A DNA stretch of 64,000 nucleotides from Candidatus Undinarchaeota archaeon (lineage in GTDB: Archaea > SpSt-1190 > JASMDC01), in NCBI GenBank assembly GCA_964519305.1, contig CAZFHY010000017.1, positions 17,577-81,576 of the forward strand, written 5' to 3'. The position numbers and the translations under genes were made by a program. Numbering within the stretch: position 1 is the first letter of the stretch; the number at the start of each line of letters is the position of its first letter. Below, piece after piece: positions 27,758 through 37,906 of the stretch. Under the pieces are notes generated by a model. The model was given only the letters and a program-made list of their open reading frames with translations. It was not told where the DNA came from and made no database searches.

Positions 27758-28340
27758 TCAGTCCCGAGAGAACGCGGTGCGCCGCAGGCCCGTCCACCTC
27801 GTCAACAACGAACAGGGTGTCCTCCCGGCAGGAGACGAACTCTGTGATGTTGATGCCCTCGCGCTCAAGGGCAGAGAGCAGGTAGGAGAGCACGAAGGGT
27901 GTATCCTCGAGCTCCATACCGGAGTGCAGGGCGATGAGCACCTGGCCGGTGCGCACCTGGTTCGACAGGGGGACGCTGAGCCACCTGCGTGGCATGTCGC
28001 TCTCGCGCAGGATGGACGTCCACCCGTGCGAGGTCCGGGTATGGGCGAGCACCGGAAGGTCCGGCTCGTCGTCGGTGAGCACCACGGCCATGCCGCTGCT
28101 GATCTCGAACCGCGAGCTGCGCAGCAACGCTTCTACCTTCTGGCGCCGCTGACGACGCTCAGCACGCACGGTCTCTGCTTGCCGTATGACCGCCTTCTTC
28201 ACCGCCTCGAAGCTCCCGCCCACGTCCTCCTGGGCCAGCCGGGCAAGGGAGCTGTAGTTCACCACGCCCTGTCCAACGGCCTCCACCAGTGACGGTTTCT
28301 TCGCAAGCCAGATGCGTACCTTTTCCTGGACGCTCGCCAT
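27747..28340 (-). CDS. HTH-ACT domain protein (archaeal amino-acid-binding regulator-like)
   Basis: GVVNYSSLAR...DTPFVLSYLLSALEREGINITEFVSCREDTLFVVDE. Confidence 0.8.
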   Translation of the reverse strand: MASVQEKVRIWLAKKPSLVEAVGQGVVNYSSLARLAQEDVGGSFEAVKKAVIRQAETVRAERRQRRQKVEALLRSSRFEISSGMAVVLTDDEPDLPVLAHTRTSHGWTSILRESDMPRRWLSVPLSNQVRTGQVLIALHSGMELEDTPFVLSYLLSALEREGINITEFVSCREDTLFVVDEVDGPAAHRVLSGLIRG

Positions 28341-28426
28341 GTTGCGTCCTAAATGGGACAAGATTAATAAAACTAGGTACGAATGAGCCAGTATAGTTAA
28401 AAGGGCTCCCACATTTTTCCCAGCCC

Positions 28427-28591
28427 ATGTATCCTCAAGACGTGGGCGCCGAGCGCAGGACGGTGGCGACCACGCTCAAGAAGTACGGGGCGGACACCAA
28501 GGCTCCCCTCTTCGACAAGATGCTCGCAAGCTCCTATCCGGCCCCAGGCTCGCTGGAGGTCATGATCTCGACCCTCTCCCAGCACGTATGA
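28427..28591 (+). CDS. putative 54-aa protein (not in ORF track)
   Basis: MYPQDVGAERRTVATTLKKYGADTKAPLFDKMLASSYPAPGSLEVMISTLSQHV; TTAAAA ~25 nt upstream; GC3-rich codons. Confidence 0.5.
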   Translation: MYPQDVGAERRTVATTLKKYGADTKAPLFDKMLASSYPAPGSLEVMISTLSQHV

Positions 28592-28672
28592 GCCGGGCCC
28601 GGGGAACGGGGGGATTGCGGGACACGGTACGGAACGGGGGAGGGTGGGGGCCCTCTCCCGATAATACCGGGT

Positions 28673-29284
28673 TCACTTCTCGCGGGCGAGCCGGTCCGCC
28701 CTCTCGAGGTCATCGGGATAGTCCACATCGACCAGCGTACCCTGCGGGAGCTCCACCTCGAGTAAGCGATCGGTGTGGCGACCTACGAGGTCGCGCATGG
28801 ACTCGTCCTCTCCCAGCGCCAGGACCTCGTCCAGTAGCGAGCCGTCCACCAGCAGCGGATGGCCCCGTCTGCCCTCGTGCACCGGGACCGCGAGGAGCGC
28901 GTCGCTCTTGTGCCATGCCGCCACCAGTGCGTCGATGCAGGCCGAGTCGATGAGGGGCACATCGCCCAGCACCAGTAGCACGGCGTCGATGTCCGGGGCA
29001 TGGGTGCGCACCTGGCGCACTCCCTGCTGGAAGGTGGTGAGCATCCCCTGCTCCCAGTCCTGGTTGACCACGCGGTCCACCTCCTCGTCGCGCAGCAGCG
29101 GGACAAGCTGGTCGGGATGGCAGCCGAGCACCACCACCGTGCCGTCGATGGACGAGCCCGTGCAGGCACCTACCACACGGCGGATGACGGGGACGCCGTC
29201 CAGGGGAGCTTGCAGCTTATTACAGCCCATCCTGGTGGAGGCTCCCGCTGCCAGCACCACGGCCCAGACGTGGCCCGTTCCCAC
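28673..29284 (-). CDS. mocA: molybdenum cofactor cytidylyltransferase
   Basis: VLAAGASTRMG.NK, NQDWEQGM, LGDVP, RGHP, DVDYPDD; at the end of the Xdh-family operon. Confidence 0.85.
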   Translation of the reverse strand: MGTGHVWAVVLAAGASTRMGCNKLQAPLDGVPVIRRVVGACTGSSIDGTVVVLGCHPDQLVPLLRDEEVDRVVNQDWEQGMLTTFQQGVRQVRTHAPDIDAVLLVLGDVPLIDSACIDALVAAWHKSDALLAVPVHEGRRGHPLLVDGSLLDEVLALGEDESMRDLVGRHTDRLLEVELPQGTLVDVDYPDDLERADRLAREK

Positions 29285-29293
29285 GACCGTCGC

Positions 29294-31561
29294 CTACCGG
29301 CCCTTTATGGCCCGGACGATGCGCTCCTGGGTCACGGGCAGGTCGTTCACTCTGGCGCCGATGGCGTGGGAGATGGCGTTCGTAACCGCACCTGGCGCCG
29401 CCATGAGCGACGGTTCGCCGATGCCCTTGGCTCCGTGGGGTCCCCTGGGGTAGGGGTGTTCCACGATGATCGGTGTGATGACCGGTGCGTCCTTGGTGGT
29501 CGGTACGAGGTAGTCGTTGAGCCCGGGATTGAGGATCACGCCGTTCTCGGACACTAGGTCCTCCATCATGGCGTACCCCATGCCCTGGACCGCACCACCC
29601 TCGATCTGGCCCTCGACGGCCATGGGATTGACGGCCCGGCCCACGTCGTGGGCGGCCACGATGGAAAGGACGGTGACCTCGCCGGTCTCCATGTCCACCT
29701 CCACCTCGGCGATGTCGGTGGCCCATGAGTAGGTCACGTACAGCTCGCCCAGGCCTGTCTCCTCGTCCCAGCTGGTTGCCGGGGTCCGGAAGAATCCCGA
29801 AGCGGCCAGGTGGACAAGCTCCAGCCAGCACTGAAGGGCCAGCGCGTTGAAGGCCATGCCCTCGCCACCGCCCTTGGGCGTTACCTGTCCCTCAGCGAAC
29901 TCGACCTCGTCGCACCCGAGCTTCTTGCAGGCCAGCTCGGCCATGCGTTCCCTAATCTGGCGGCAGCCGTCCATGACGGCCCGGCCTGACATCAGGGTGG
30001 AGCGTGAGGCTACCGTCGGTCCCGAGTCGGGGACCAGGGCTGTATCCACCTCGATCACGGTGATCCGGCCTACGTCGATGCCAAGCTCTTCAGCAGCGAA
30101 CTGTGCCATCACGGTCTTATGTCCCTGGCCCATGTCGGTGGTGCCGACAGCGACCAGAACCGAGCCGTCGGCGTGGACCTGGACAAGAGCGCCCGACTTG
30201 TCGAGCACCTTACCGGTAGCGCCGAGACCGACGCCGTAGTAGATGGTGGCGCACCCGATACCGCGTCGCTTGCGGACGTCCAGTGGCTGCGCGTCGTACT
30301 CGGCCCGCTTGGCTCCCCACTCACTGGACAGGGTGGCCTCGTCGATGCACTCGGCGAACCCGCACGACTCCTCGATGAGGTGGTCGGTCATGGTGCGCTT
30401 GCCGATCCCGAGCGCGTTCTTCCTTCGGAGCTCGAGCGGGTCCATGCCCAGCTTATCGGCGATAGCGTCCATGTGTGTCTCGCCAGCGAAGATGATCTGG
30501 GGCGAGCCGAACCCGCGGTACGCACCGCAGGGCACCCGGTTGGTGAGCACGCCATAGCTGTCCACCTTGACGTTGGCCACGTCGTAGGCGCCGATGGCAT
30601 GAGCGTTCCCTCGGAACAGCACGACCCCTGTGAGGGTGACGTACGCCCCGGCGTCGAGGATGTACTCGACCTCCTGGGCCACGATGGTGCCGTCCTTCAT
30701 CACACCGGTCCTGAACTTGGACACGGATGGATGGCGCTTGGATGAGCACTGCAGGTCCTCCTCGCGGGTGTAGATGAGCTTGACGGGGCGGCCGGTGGCA
30801 AGTGCTGCGAAGCCGGCATACCCGGAGAGCAGGGACGGGTAATCCTCCTTACCGCCGAACCCGCCGCCGGTGACGGTCTGGATGACCCTGACCTTGGCCA
30901 GCGGGAGACCGAGGCCCTGGGCCACGCCGGTCTGCACGTAGAACGGGCACTGACACGTGGCGTAAACGGTCACCGATCCGTCGGCGTTGGGCACCACGGT
31001 GGCACCCTGGGGCTCGATGTAGGCGTGCTCCTGGTAGTTGGTGGAGTACTCGCCTTCCACGATGATGTCGGCCGTTTCCATGGCCTTGGCAGCATCGCCC
31101 TTCACGACGCGGAAGTGCGAGATTACGTTGTCGCGATCCTCCTGGACCTGATGCGCACCGTCCTTCATGGCCTCCACAGGGTGGAACACACCGGGAAGGT
31201 CCTCGTACTCGACGATGATGAGGCCCACGGCCTTCTCGGCGATGGCCCTGGTCCGTGCGGCCACCACGGCGATGGCCTCGCCATGGTAGCGTACGATGCC
31301 GTCGGCGAGGAACGGCTGGTCGTCCTCGACCACGTGGCAGGCGTTCTCGCCGGGGATGTCGTTTGCGGTGATGACCACCTCGACGCCCTCTAGCGCGCGT
31401 GCCGCGGATACGTCGAGACGCAGGATACGGGCGGAAGCCCGGGTACTGCGCAGAACCTTGGCGTGGAGCATGCCGGGGAACGATACGTCGTCGGCGAACC
31501 GTGCCTTACCGGTCACCTTCTCCACTGCGTCGATACGGGGGACGGGACGTCCGACGGCCAT
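29294..31561 (-). CDS. xanthine dehydrogenase family molybdopterin-binding subunit
   Basis: Start MAVGRPV at 31561; QEHAYIEP, GGGFGGK, AYRGFGSPQ, MGQG, DSGPTVASR, GAKGIGE. Confidence 0.95.
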   Translation of the reverse strand: MAVGRPVPRIDAVEKVTGKARFADDVSFPGMLHAKVLRSTRASARILRLDVSAARALEGVEVVITANDIPGENACHVVEDDQPFLADGIVRYHGEAIAVVAARTRAIAEKAVGLIIVEYEDLPGVFHPVEAMKDGAHQVQEDRDNVISHFRVVKGDAAKAMETADIIVEGEYSTNYQEHAYIEPQGATVVPNADGSVTVYATCQCPFYVQTGVAQGLGLPLAKVRVIQTVTGGGFGGKEDYPSLLSGYAGFAALATGRPVKLIYTREEDLQCSSKRHPSVSKFRTGVMKDGTIVAQEVEYILDAGAYVTLTGVVLFRGNAHAIGAYDVANVKVDSYGVLTNRVPCGAYRGFGSPQIIFAGETHMDAIADKLGMDPLELRRKNALGIGKRTMTDHLIEESCGFAECIDEATLSSEWGAKRAEYDAQPLDVRKRRGIGCATIYYGVGLGATGKVLDKSGALVQVHADGSVLVAVGTTDMGQGHKTVMAQFAAEELGIDVGRITVIEVDTALVPDSGPTVASRSTLMSGRAVMDGCRQIRERMAELACKKLGCDEVEFAEGQVTPKGGGEGMAFNALALQCWLELVHLAASGFFRTPATSWDEETGLGELYVTYSWATDIAEVEVDMETGEVTVLSIVAAHDVGRAVNPMAVEGQIEGGAVQGMGYAMMEDLVSENGVILNPGLNDYLVPTTKDAPVITPIIVEHPYPRGPHGAKGIGEPSLMAAPGAVTNAISHAIGARVNDLPVTQERIVRAIKGR

Positions 31562-32034
31562 CAGCGACCACCTCCCTTCTTGAGGCGCTTCGCTGCTTCG
31601 AGCACCGCCTCCACGATCTTGACGTAGCCCGTGCACCTGCAAAGGTTGCCCGAGAGCGCTTCGCGCACGTCCTCCTCGGAGGGGTCGGGATTGCACCTGA
31701 GCAGTGCAAGCGATGTAAGTATGAGACCGGGGGTGCAGAAACCGCACTGTACGGCCCCTACATCGATGAAGGCCTGCTGGATGGGGTGGAGCCGGTCATC
31801 GCCGGCCACGCCCTCGATGGTGGTGACCTCGCGACCGCTGGTCTGGTGGGCGAAGATGAGGCAGGAGCAGACCGGCTCGCCGTCGAGGAGCACCGTACAA
31901 GCTCCGCACTCGCCGCTGGAGCAGCCCTCCTTGACCCCCGTGTAACCCAGCTCGCGGAGCAGGTCGAGCAGTCTGGTCTCACCGACCGGATCGACCGTGT
32001 GGTCACGGCCGTTGACCTTGAACGTGAACGACAT
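31561..32034 (-). CDS. xanthine dehydrogenase family 2x[2Fe-2S] subunit
   Basis: KEGCSSGECGACTV, QCGFCTPG, GNLCRCTGY. Confidence 0.95.
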   Translation of the reverse strand: MSFTFKVNGRDHTVDPVGETRLLDLLRELGYTGVKEGCSSGECGACTVLLDGEPVCSCLIFAHQTSGREVTTIEGVAGDDRLHPIQQAFIDVGAVQCGFCTPGLILTSLALLRCNPDPSEEDVREALSGNLCRCTGYVKIVEAVLEAAKRLKKGGGR

Positions 32035-32939
32035 CAGACCTCACCCCCCTGGGAGACGATGGCCTTCCTGAGTATGTCGCGGATGAGGGCGGCCACCATG
32101 GCGCGTCGGTACTCGTCGGAGCCGCGGACGTCGCAGATAGGGCACGCGTCCTGCCGGATGCGTTCCTCGGCGCTGGCGATTAGCTCGATGGCGGACCCTG
32201 TGTCGTGGGCGCATGCGCGTAGGTCGGCGCCTTCCAGCACCTCCTCCGTGGCGGCAGCGCGGACCGGTGTGGGGGCGACGGAGCCCATGGCGACACGGGC
32301 GGACACGACCAGACCGTCCATCACCGCGAGCCCCGCGGCCACGGACGTCACCGAGCAGCACAATGCCTTGCGCCTGCCCAGCTTGCGGGCCTCCTGGACG
32401 AACCCGGGCGGAGGGACCGGAACGATGACCTCTGCCAGCATTTCGTCCGGGCGGATGGCGGTCTTCCGGTTACCGATGAAGTACTCGTCAAGCGACACCT
32501 CGCGCTCGCCTTCCTTGGAGAGGAGCCTGACCTTGGACTCGAGCACCATCAGCGGCGGAGCCGTGTCGGCCGCCGGTGTCGCATAGGCGATGTTACCGGC
32601 CAGCGTCCCCCTGTTGCGGATGAGGGGCGATGCCATCTCGGCGATGATGTCCGTGAGGACAGGGCAGTGCTCGCGCAGCTCCTTCGAGTTCAGTACGTCC
32701 GTCAGGCTGGCGGTGGCGCCGATGCGGAATACGTCGCCGTCCCGCTTGACGTACCGCAGGCCGTCCACGGCCGTGAGGTCGATGAGCGTTGTCGCTGTGA
32801 CGGTGCCCTTCTGCATGAGGAGGTAGAGGTCGGTGCCGCCAGCGATGCAACGGGCGTCCGCTCCCTTGTCGGCGAGCACCTCGAGCACGTCTTTGATAGT
32901 CGAGCAGTCTGCGAACGTGATGCCTTCCATGGGTCCCAC
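32034..32939 (-). CDS. xanthine dehydrogenase family FAD-binding subunit
   Basis: IAGGTDL, IRNRGTLAGN, PAAD, DVRGSDEYR. Confidence 0.93.
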   Translation of the reverse strand: MGPMEGITFADCSTIKDVLEVLADKGADARCIAGGTDLYLLMQKGTVTATTLIDLTAVDGLRYVKRDGDVFRIGATASLTDVLNSKELREHCPVLTDIIAEMASPLIRNRGTLAGNIAYATPAADTAPPLMVLESKVRLLSKEGEREVSLDEYFIGNRKTAIRPDEMLAEVIVPVPPPGFVQEARKLGRRKALCCSVTSVAAGLAVMDGLVVSARVAMGSVAPTPVRAAATEEVLEGADLRACAHDTGSAIELIASAEERIRQDACPICDVRGSDEYRRAMVAALIRDILRKAIVSQGGEV

Positions 32940-32990
32940 GAGAAACGCGAACCGGTCAAAACAATTTATACCTTTCCAGATGGCCGCGGT

Positions 32991-33485
32991 TCAATCGTCA
33001 GCTGCCAGGAGGGTCGCAAGCTCCACTGCCTCTTTCGGTGTCCTTGCGGCCAGCACATAATCGTCCCGCCTGTCGTCGATGCGCTCGCCGCCCATGCGTT
33101 CGGCCCACCCGCCCGAAGTGACCAGGGCCACGATACGCTTGCCGTAGGCCCAAGCAAGACCCATCTCGGAAAGGGTACCGCACCCGCCGCCTACAGCGAT
33201 AACGGCATCCCCGGACAGCGCTACGCAGGCGTTCCGGGCGAACCCGATACCCGTGCGCACCTTCACGTCCAGGAAAGCGTTGGCGTCGCTGTCGTCCTCG
33301 CCGGGGAGGATGCCCACGACCAGCCCCTCGGCGTCCTTGGCGCCCTGGGCAGCTGCCGCCATGACACCGCCGCGGCCGCCGCACACCAGGATATGCCCCT
33401 GCTTTGCGATCTCCTTTCCCAGCTGGCGGGCCAGGCGCAGGGCCCGTTCATCGGCGGCCTCGCCACCGATCACCGCGATCTGCAT
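32991..33485 (-). CDS. TIGR00725 / LOG-family Rossmann protein
   Basis: MQIAVIGG, CGGRGGVM, GILPG, TGIGFARN, GGGCGTLSE. Confidence 0.9.
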   Translation of the reverse strand: MQIAVIGGEAADERALRLARQLGKEIAKQGHILVCGGRGGVMAAAAQGAKDAEGLVVGILPGEDDSDANAFLDVKVRTGIGFARNACVALSGDAVIAVGGGCGTLSEMGLAWAYGKRIVALVTSGGWAERMGGERIDDRRDDYVLAARTPKEAVELATLLAADD

Positions 33486-33486
33486 C

Positions 33487-34113
33487 CTACCACCCTCCGG
33501 ACTGCCCGAGAGAGACCGAAGAGACCTTTCCCTTCCGCCCGAGCTTGATGATGGCGTACCTGCCGTCCTGGGCGGGACCAGGATTGACGACGACAGTCTC
33601 CCCCAGCTGGAACCGTCCCGGTGACTCGTGCACGTGGCCGCACACGACAAGGGCAGGAGATAGCTGCGAGATGGCGCGGTGCACCTCGTCCGAGCCGATG
33701 TCCTGACCACTGGGGAGCTGGGCGGCGCCCGTACCGCTCGGGGGTGCGTGGGTCACGAGCACAAGAGGCCCGTCCCTATCACTGGCCGCATGGAGGATGG
33801 TCCCCAGGTCCGGATGCCCCCCGCCGGCACCGGCGAAGGTGATGCCCTTCACTGCTGTCGACCTCCCGTTGATGCCCCACGCGCTCCCGTCGAGGGCCCG
33901 GATGACGTCCCCGAGGTCGCAGTTGCCCGGGATGGCGAGCACCTGCTTGTCACCCAGGGCGTCCATTGCCTCCTCCAGCTCGGAGACCGGGCCGAAGTTG
34001 GTGACGTCCCCCGCGAAGAGCACCAGATCGATCTCTTCCAGGGGCACGGCCTCCAGGATGTTCCGGAGACCGGGAAGATAGCCGTGGAGGTCCGCGATGG
34101 CGAGCAGTCTCAC
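33487..34113 (-). CDS. metallophosphoesterase
   Basis: ADLHG, AGD, PGNCD, THAPP, GHVHE, NPG. Confidence 0.9.
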   Translation of the reverse strand: MRLLAIADLHGYLPGLRNILEAVPLEEIDLVLFAGDVTNFGPVSELEEAMDALGDKQVLAIPGNCDLGDVIRALDGSAWGINGRSTAVKGITFAGAGGGHPDLGTILHAASDRDGPLVLVTHAPPSGTGAAQLPSGQDIGSDEVHRAISQLSPALVVCGHVHESPGRFQLGETVVVNPGPAQDGRYAIIKLGRKGKVSSVSLGQSGGW

Positions 34114-35441
34114 AGGTCCTCACCCAGGACCTCGAGGACACGATCAACCTGTTCGCCTGCAGTGCCTATGTACGATTCGGGCCTGAGAGCGGCCTTCACC
34201 TCGTCCTTGCTGATGGCGCCGCCGGCCCGTTCAACGACCGCGTCGGCGAAGTCGCCTGCGTCCTTTGCGGCCATGCGGACGAGCTCGTGCGCCTCCTGAC
34301 GGTCCATGCCTTTTCCCACCAGCGCCGTCATCACGGCCTCGGCCATGTTGCGTCCGCCGGTGAGCGCGAGATTGCGCTTCACGGCCTTCTTGTCGATGGT
34401 GAGGCCGGCGAGCACGCCGGTCGTAAGGTCGAGTATGTAGTCGAGGAGGACACAGCACTCCGGTATGATGACCCGCTCCGGTGACGAATTGGTGAGGTCG
34501 CGCTCGTCCCAGAGGGGTACGTTCTCCAGCGAGGAGCAGCACAACCCCCGCACAACACGGGCCAGGCCGCATACCCTCTCTGCGTGGATGGGATTGCGCT
34601 TCTGCGGCATAGCGGAGCTACCCACCTGCCGATCTCCCGTGGGCTCGGCGACCTCGCCGATCTCGGTGCGCTGGAGCGTCCGGATCGCGACACACACCTT
34701 GTCCAGGGTGGCCGCCACAAGGGCGCAAAGGAGGAAGAACTCGGCGTACCTGTCCCGCTGGACCACCTGGGTGGACACCAGCACCGGCTCGAGCCCCAGC
34801 CGTTCCATCATCAGTTCCTGTACACGCCGGGCCTCGGGTCCCAGGGCCGCCTGGGTGCCCACAGCGCCGGTCATCTGGCCGACGAGCACCCGCTTGCGGC
34901 ACTGTTCGAGACGCTCCCGGTGCCTGCGGACCTCGCATGCCCAAACCGCGAACCGAAGCCCGTAAGTGGTGGGGACGGCATGCTGACCATGGGTGCGGCC
35001 CACGCATACCAGGTCCCGGTTCCGTCGCGTCCGCTCGAGGAGCACGCTCTCCAGTCGTGCCAGGTCGTCACCGATGATATCGCACGCTTCCGTCAGCTGG
35101 AGTGCCGTGGCCGTGTCGAGGATGTCGCTCGAGGTTGCCCCCAAGTGCACCCACCGGCCGGCATCGCCCGCGGATTCCGAAAGGGCACGCACAAGGGCCA
35201 CGACGTCGTGTCGTGTCTCGCGCTCGATCTCTTCGACGCGCTTGACGGTGACCTTCCCCGCGGCGATGGCTATGGCCTCGGCGTCCTTCTTCGGGATAGT
35301 GCCCACCTCGGCGTGCGCACGCACGAGCGCCACCTCGACATCGAGCAGCGCCCGGAGGCGCCGGTCAGGGGTGAACACGGTCCGCATGTGCTCGCGTCCG
35401 TATCGGAAATCGATGGGATGCACGGGCGGGAGGTCGGCCAT
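34110..35441 (-). CDS. purB: adenylosuccinate lyase
   Basis: Start MADLPPVHPIDFRYG; RHDV, HLGATSSD, GRTHGQHA, GSSAMPQKRNP. Confidence 0.95.
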   Translation of the reverse strand: MADLPPVHPIDFRYGREHMRTVFTPDRRLRALLDVEVALVRAHAEVGTIPKKDAEAIAIAAGKVTVKRVEEIERETRHDVVALVRALSESAGDAGRWVHLGATSSDILDTATALQLTEACDIIGDDLARLESVLLERTRRNRDLVCVGRTHGQHAVPTTYGLRFAVWACEVRRHRERLEQCRKRVLVGQMTGAVGTQAALGPEARRVQELMMERLGLEPVLVSTQVVQRDRYAEFFLLCALVAATLDKVCVAIRTLQRTEIGEVAEPTGDRQVGSSAMPQKRNPIHAERVCGLARVVRGLCCSSLENVPLWDERDLTNSSPERVIIPECCVLLDYILDLTTGVLAGLTIDKKAVKRNLALTGGRNMAEAVMTALVGKGMDRQEAHELVRMAAKDAGDFADAVVERAGGAISKDEVKAALRPESYIGTAGEQVDRVLEVLGEDL

Positions 35442-35544
35442 ACAACGGACCATCCGTGGAAGGCATAAAAATGTTTTGGCGGACGCGTCCGCCGTCCGGA
35501 GTTCCGAACGATATAAAAAACTTGGACAGCACAACATGTACGCA

Positions 35545-35922
35545 ATGATGCGTGCAGAACGTGCATTCGTATCCTCAGTGATCCTCATCCTGGCGCTCGC
35601 TGCCATCGCTGGCTGCACCGGGGGGAGCGATGCTGATGACGATGGGACCAAGAAGGTCGGGATCGGGATCATCGCAGGCAACGTGACCGATACCAGCGGG
35701 GAGCCGCTCCCGGGAGCCGCCGTCACCTTCGCCAATCCCACGGGCTACAATGACACTATGTTCTCGAACGCCAAGGGATGGTTCCAGTTCGACGTCGCAT
35801 CGCAGGACGGGCCCTACACGGGAACTGTCACCCTGCCCGACTACAAGACGTGGACGAAGGCCGATATAGTGGTCGAGAGGGACGAGATGACGATCGTCGA
35901 GGTAATCCTGCGGCCCGAGTAG
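35545..35922 (+). CDS. lipoprotein with carboxypeptidase-regulatory-like (Ig/transthyretin) domain
   Basis: Lipobox IAGC; IAGNVTDTSGEPLPGAAVT; TATA at ~35511. Confidence 0.8.
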   Translation: MMRAERAFVSSVILILALAAIAGCTGGSDADDDGTKKVGIGIIAGNVTDTSGEPLPGAAVTFANPTGYNDTMFSNAKGWFQFDVASQDGPYTGTVTLPDYKTWTKADIVVERDEMTIVEVILRPE

Positions 35923-35972
35923 AACAGGTCGCTCCCGAACGCAGGAGTCACCGTATCCGTTGCCACGGACGG

Positions 35973-37235
35973 TCACATCAGCTTGGACTTCTTGAGCAGG
36001 TGCTTCTTCCCGTAGTAGGTGAGCCTGCTGTGCAAGATGTCGTCCAGTTCATCTTTCTTGTGCCGCTCCTCGATCTCCCGATACTCCTTCTGCATCCTGA
36101 GGAAGTAGCGGACCAGGACCGGAGAAAGGGACGTTGTCACCAGCGAGAGGATGACGATGGACGTCAGCATGTCCTCGGAAAAGATACCCACCTCGCGTCC
36201 GAGCTGTGCTGTGGCTAGGGTGGTGGACAGCTGGGGGATGGTGGCCGAGCCCACAGCGAACGATTCGATGATCTCCCTGCCTGCGAGCATGGCACCTATG
36301 AAACCACTGATGATCTTGGAGAGGATGAGGCCCGCGATGATGAGCGCCGGGATGCGGATGCTGTCGGAGGACAGGATTACGGAGAAGTCGGTCTCCATCC
36401 CGATGAAGAAGAAGAAGATGGGCACGAACACGCCGTACCCCACGGTGTTGAACTTCTCCTCCATCCGCTTGTCAACGGCGGCCGAGCACGCGATGCCGGT
36501 GATGAAGGCAGCGATGATGAGGTGGAGCCCGAAGACCTCTGCGATGAACGTGACGAACAGGAGGGTGATGAAGATGAACCGGAACTTACGCTCGAAGACG
36601 TCCTCGTCCTCCTCATGGAACGAGGTGATGTACTTCTTGGTGAGCTTGGGCACGAAGTACAGCACGGTGAAGAGGAACAAGGAGATGAGCAGGAAGTAGG
36701 AGTAGGGATCGTTGACCTTGCCGGTCTGTGCGACGGTCTGGAGGATGAAGGTGAGCCCCACGAGGCTCAGGATGTCCTGGAGTACGACCGACGAGATGAC
36801 CAGGCGCCCCAGATCGGTCTTGAACACGCCAAGTTCGATGAGCGTGGGCACGACGATGCCCACGGACGATGAGACGAAGAGCACGCCCAGAAGGTAGTTC
36901 GCTGGATACTCGAGGCCAAGGCCGCCGGCTATCCACATGCCCACGAAGAACGGTATCAGGCCGTTGAAGAACGAGATGGTCAGCGCTGAGCGGCCCACCT
37001 TCCTGACGACGTCCATCTTGATCTCAAGGCCGGCCGAGAACATCAGGAACAGAAGGCCGATGATCGAGAAGTCGTGAAGGGACTTGTCGATGGGGATCGC
37101 CTGCATCCCGTGGGGGCCCATGATATAGCCCAGTAAGATGAGGGCGACGGCGTAGGGGATGCCCATCCGCTTGAAGACCGAGGGACCGACGAGGGAGAAG
37201 AAGAGGATGAAGGTGAACAGGAGAATGAAATCCAT
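35973..37235 (-). CDS. cation:proton antiporter (CPA2/Kef-like)
   Basis: GLLFLMFSAGLE, SSVVLQD, FVPIFFFFIG; many TM helices. Confidence 0.9.
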   Translation of the reverse strand: MDFILLFTFILFFSLVGPSVFKRMGIPYAVALILLGYIMGPHGMQAIPIDKSLHDFSIIGLLFLMFSAGLEIKMDVVRKVGRSALTISFFNGLIPFFVGMWIAGGLGLEYPANYLLGVLFVSSSVGIVVPTLIELGVFKTDLGRLVISSVVLQDILSLVGLTFILQTVAQTGKVNDPYSYFLLISLFLFTVLYFVPKLTKKYITSFHEEDEDVFERKFRFIFITLLFVTFIAEVFGLHLIIAAFITGIACSAAVDKRMEEKFNTVGYGVFVPIFFFFIGMETDFSVILSSDSIRIPALIIAGLILSKIISGFIGAMLAGREIIESFAVGSATIPQLSTTLATAQLGREVGIFSEDMLTSIVILSLVTTSLSPVLVRYFLRMQKEYREIEERHKKDELDDILHSRLTYYGKKHLLKKSKLM

Positions 37236-37310
37236 GCCATATTGTAAGTGGTTTTTATCGTTTATAAGGAGTACTTTTTCCCGCGCAACGCGATCCCGTA
37301 TCCCCGTCGC

Positions 37311-37781
37311 TCAGAGCAGCAGGTTCAGTAGCAGGAACATGAGGGAGATGACCGTCAGCGCGATGATGAACGCGCGGACCACGAGCGCGACACTGTCCTT
37401 CCCAAAGGATGCGATCAACAGGTTCGCGAGCAGTAGCAGCACCGCTACGACCAGGTACGTGATGAGGAGGATACCGCTCAATCCGTTCATGAAGAGCATG
37501 AGCGATGCGCGCAGGAACAGCCCGACATAGAACAGGAGGCTGATCAGGTTCATGAGGGAGCCCTTCATGGCCTCCGTGAACTCGCCATAGGTGAAGATGT
37601 ATATCGTGAGGAGGGCCATCGATGACATGAGGAGCTCGATGGTGAAGAGCGTCGAGAACGCGGGCATTGTGATGGGGTAGCGCATCGGCAGGAGGCCGCT
37701 GGTCATGACGGCCAGGTTCCTCTCCAATGAGAGGAGGACCAGAAGCGTCAGGACGAGGCCCAGAAGCTTCAATATGTTCAT
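37311..37781 (-). CDS. hypothetical multi-TM membrane protein
   Basis: About five hydrophobic helices; ATG 37781 or 37805. Confidence 0.65.
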   Translation of the reverse strand: MNILKLLGLVLTLLVLLSLERNLAVMTSGLLPMRYPITMPAFSTLFTIELLMSSMALLTIYIFTYGEFTEAMKGSLMNLISLLFYVGLFLRASLMLFMNGLSGILLITYLVVAVLLLLANLLIASFGKDSVALVVRAFIIALTVISLMFLLLNLLL

Positions 37782-37906
37782 CGCCGTTTCGGAAATTGCA
37801 CCCATGACCGTTCGATATGAAAAGAGACGCTAACACATAAAACGTTACCCGCCCCGCGCCCGCTCGACCAAACGCTTAAGTCTTTACGTGCCGCGAGCCT
37901 CACAGG

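Noticed and set aside
29294-32939. Aerobic CO dehydrogenase or selenocysteine-containing molybdoenzyme
   Set aside because: The active-site loop is AYRGFG, not AYxCSFR; no in-frame TGA in the subunits
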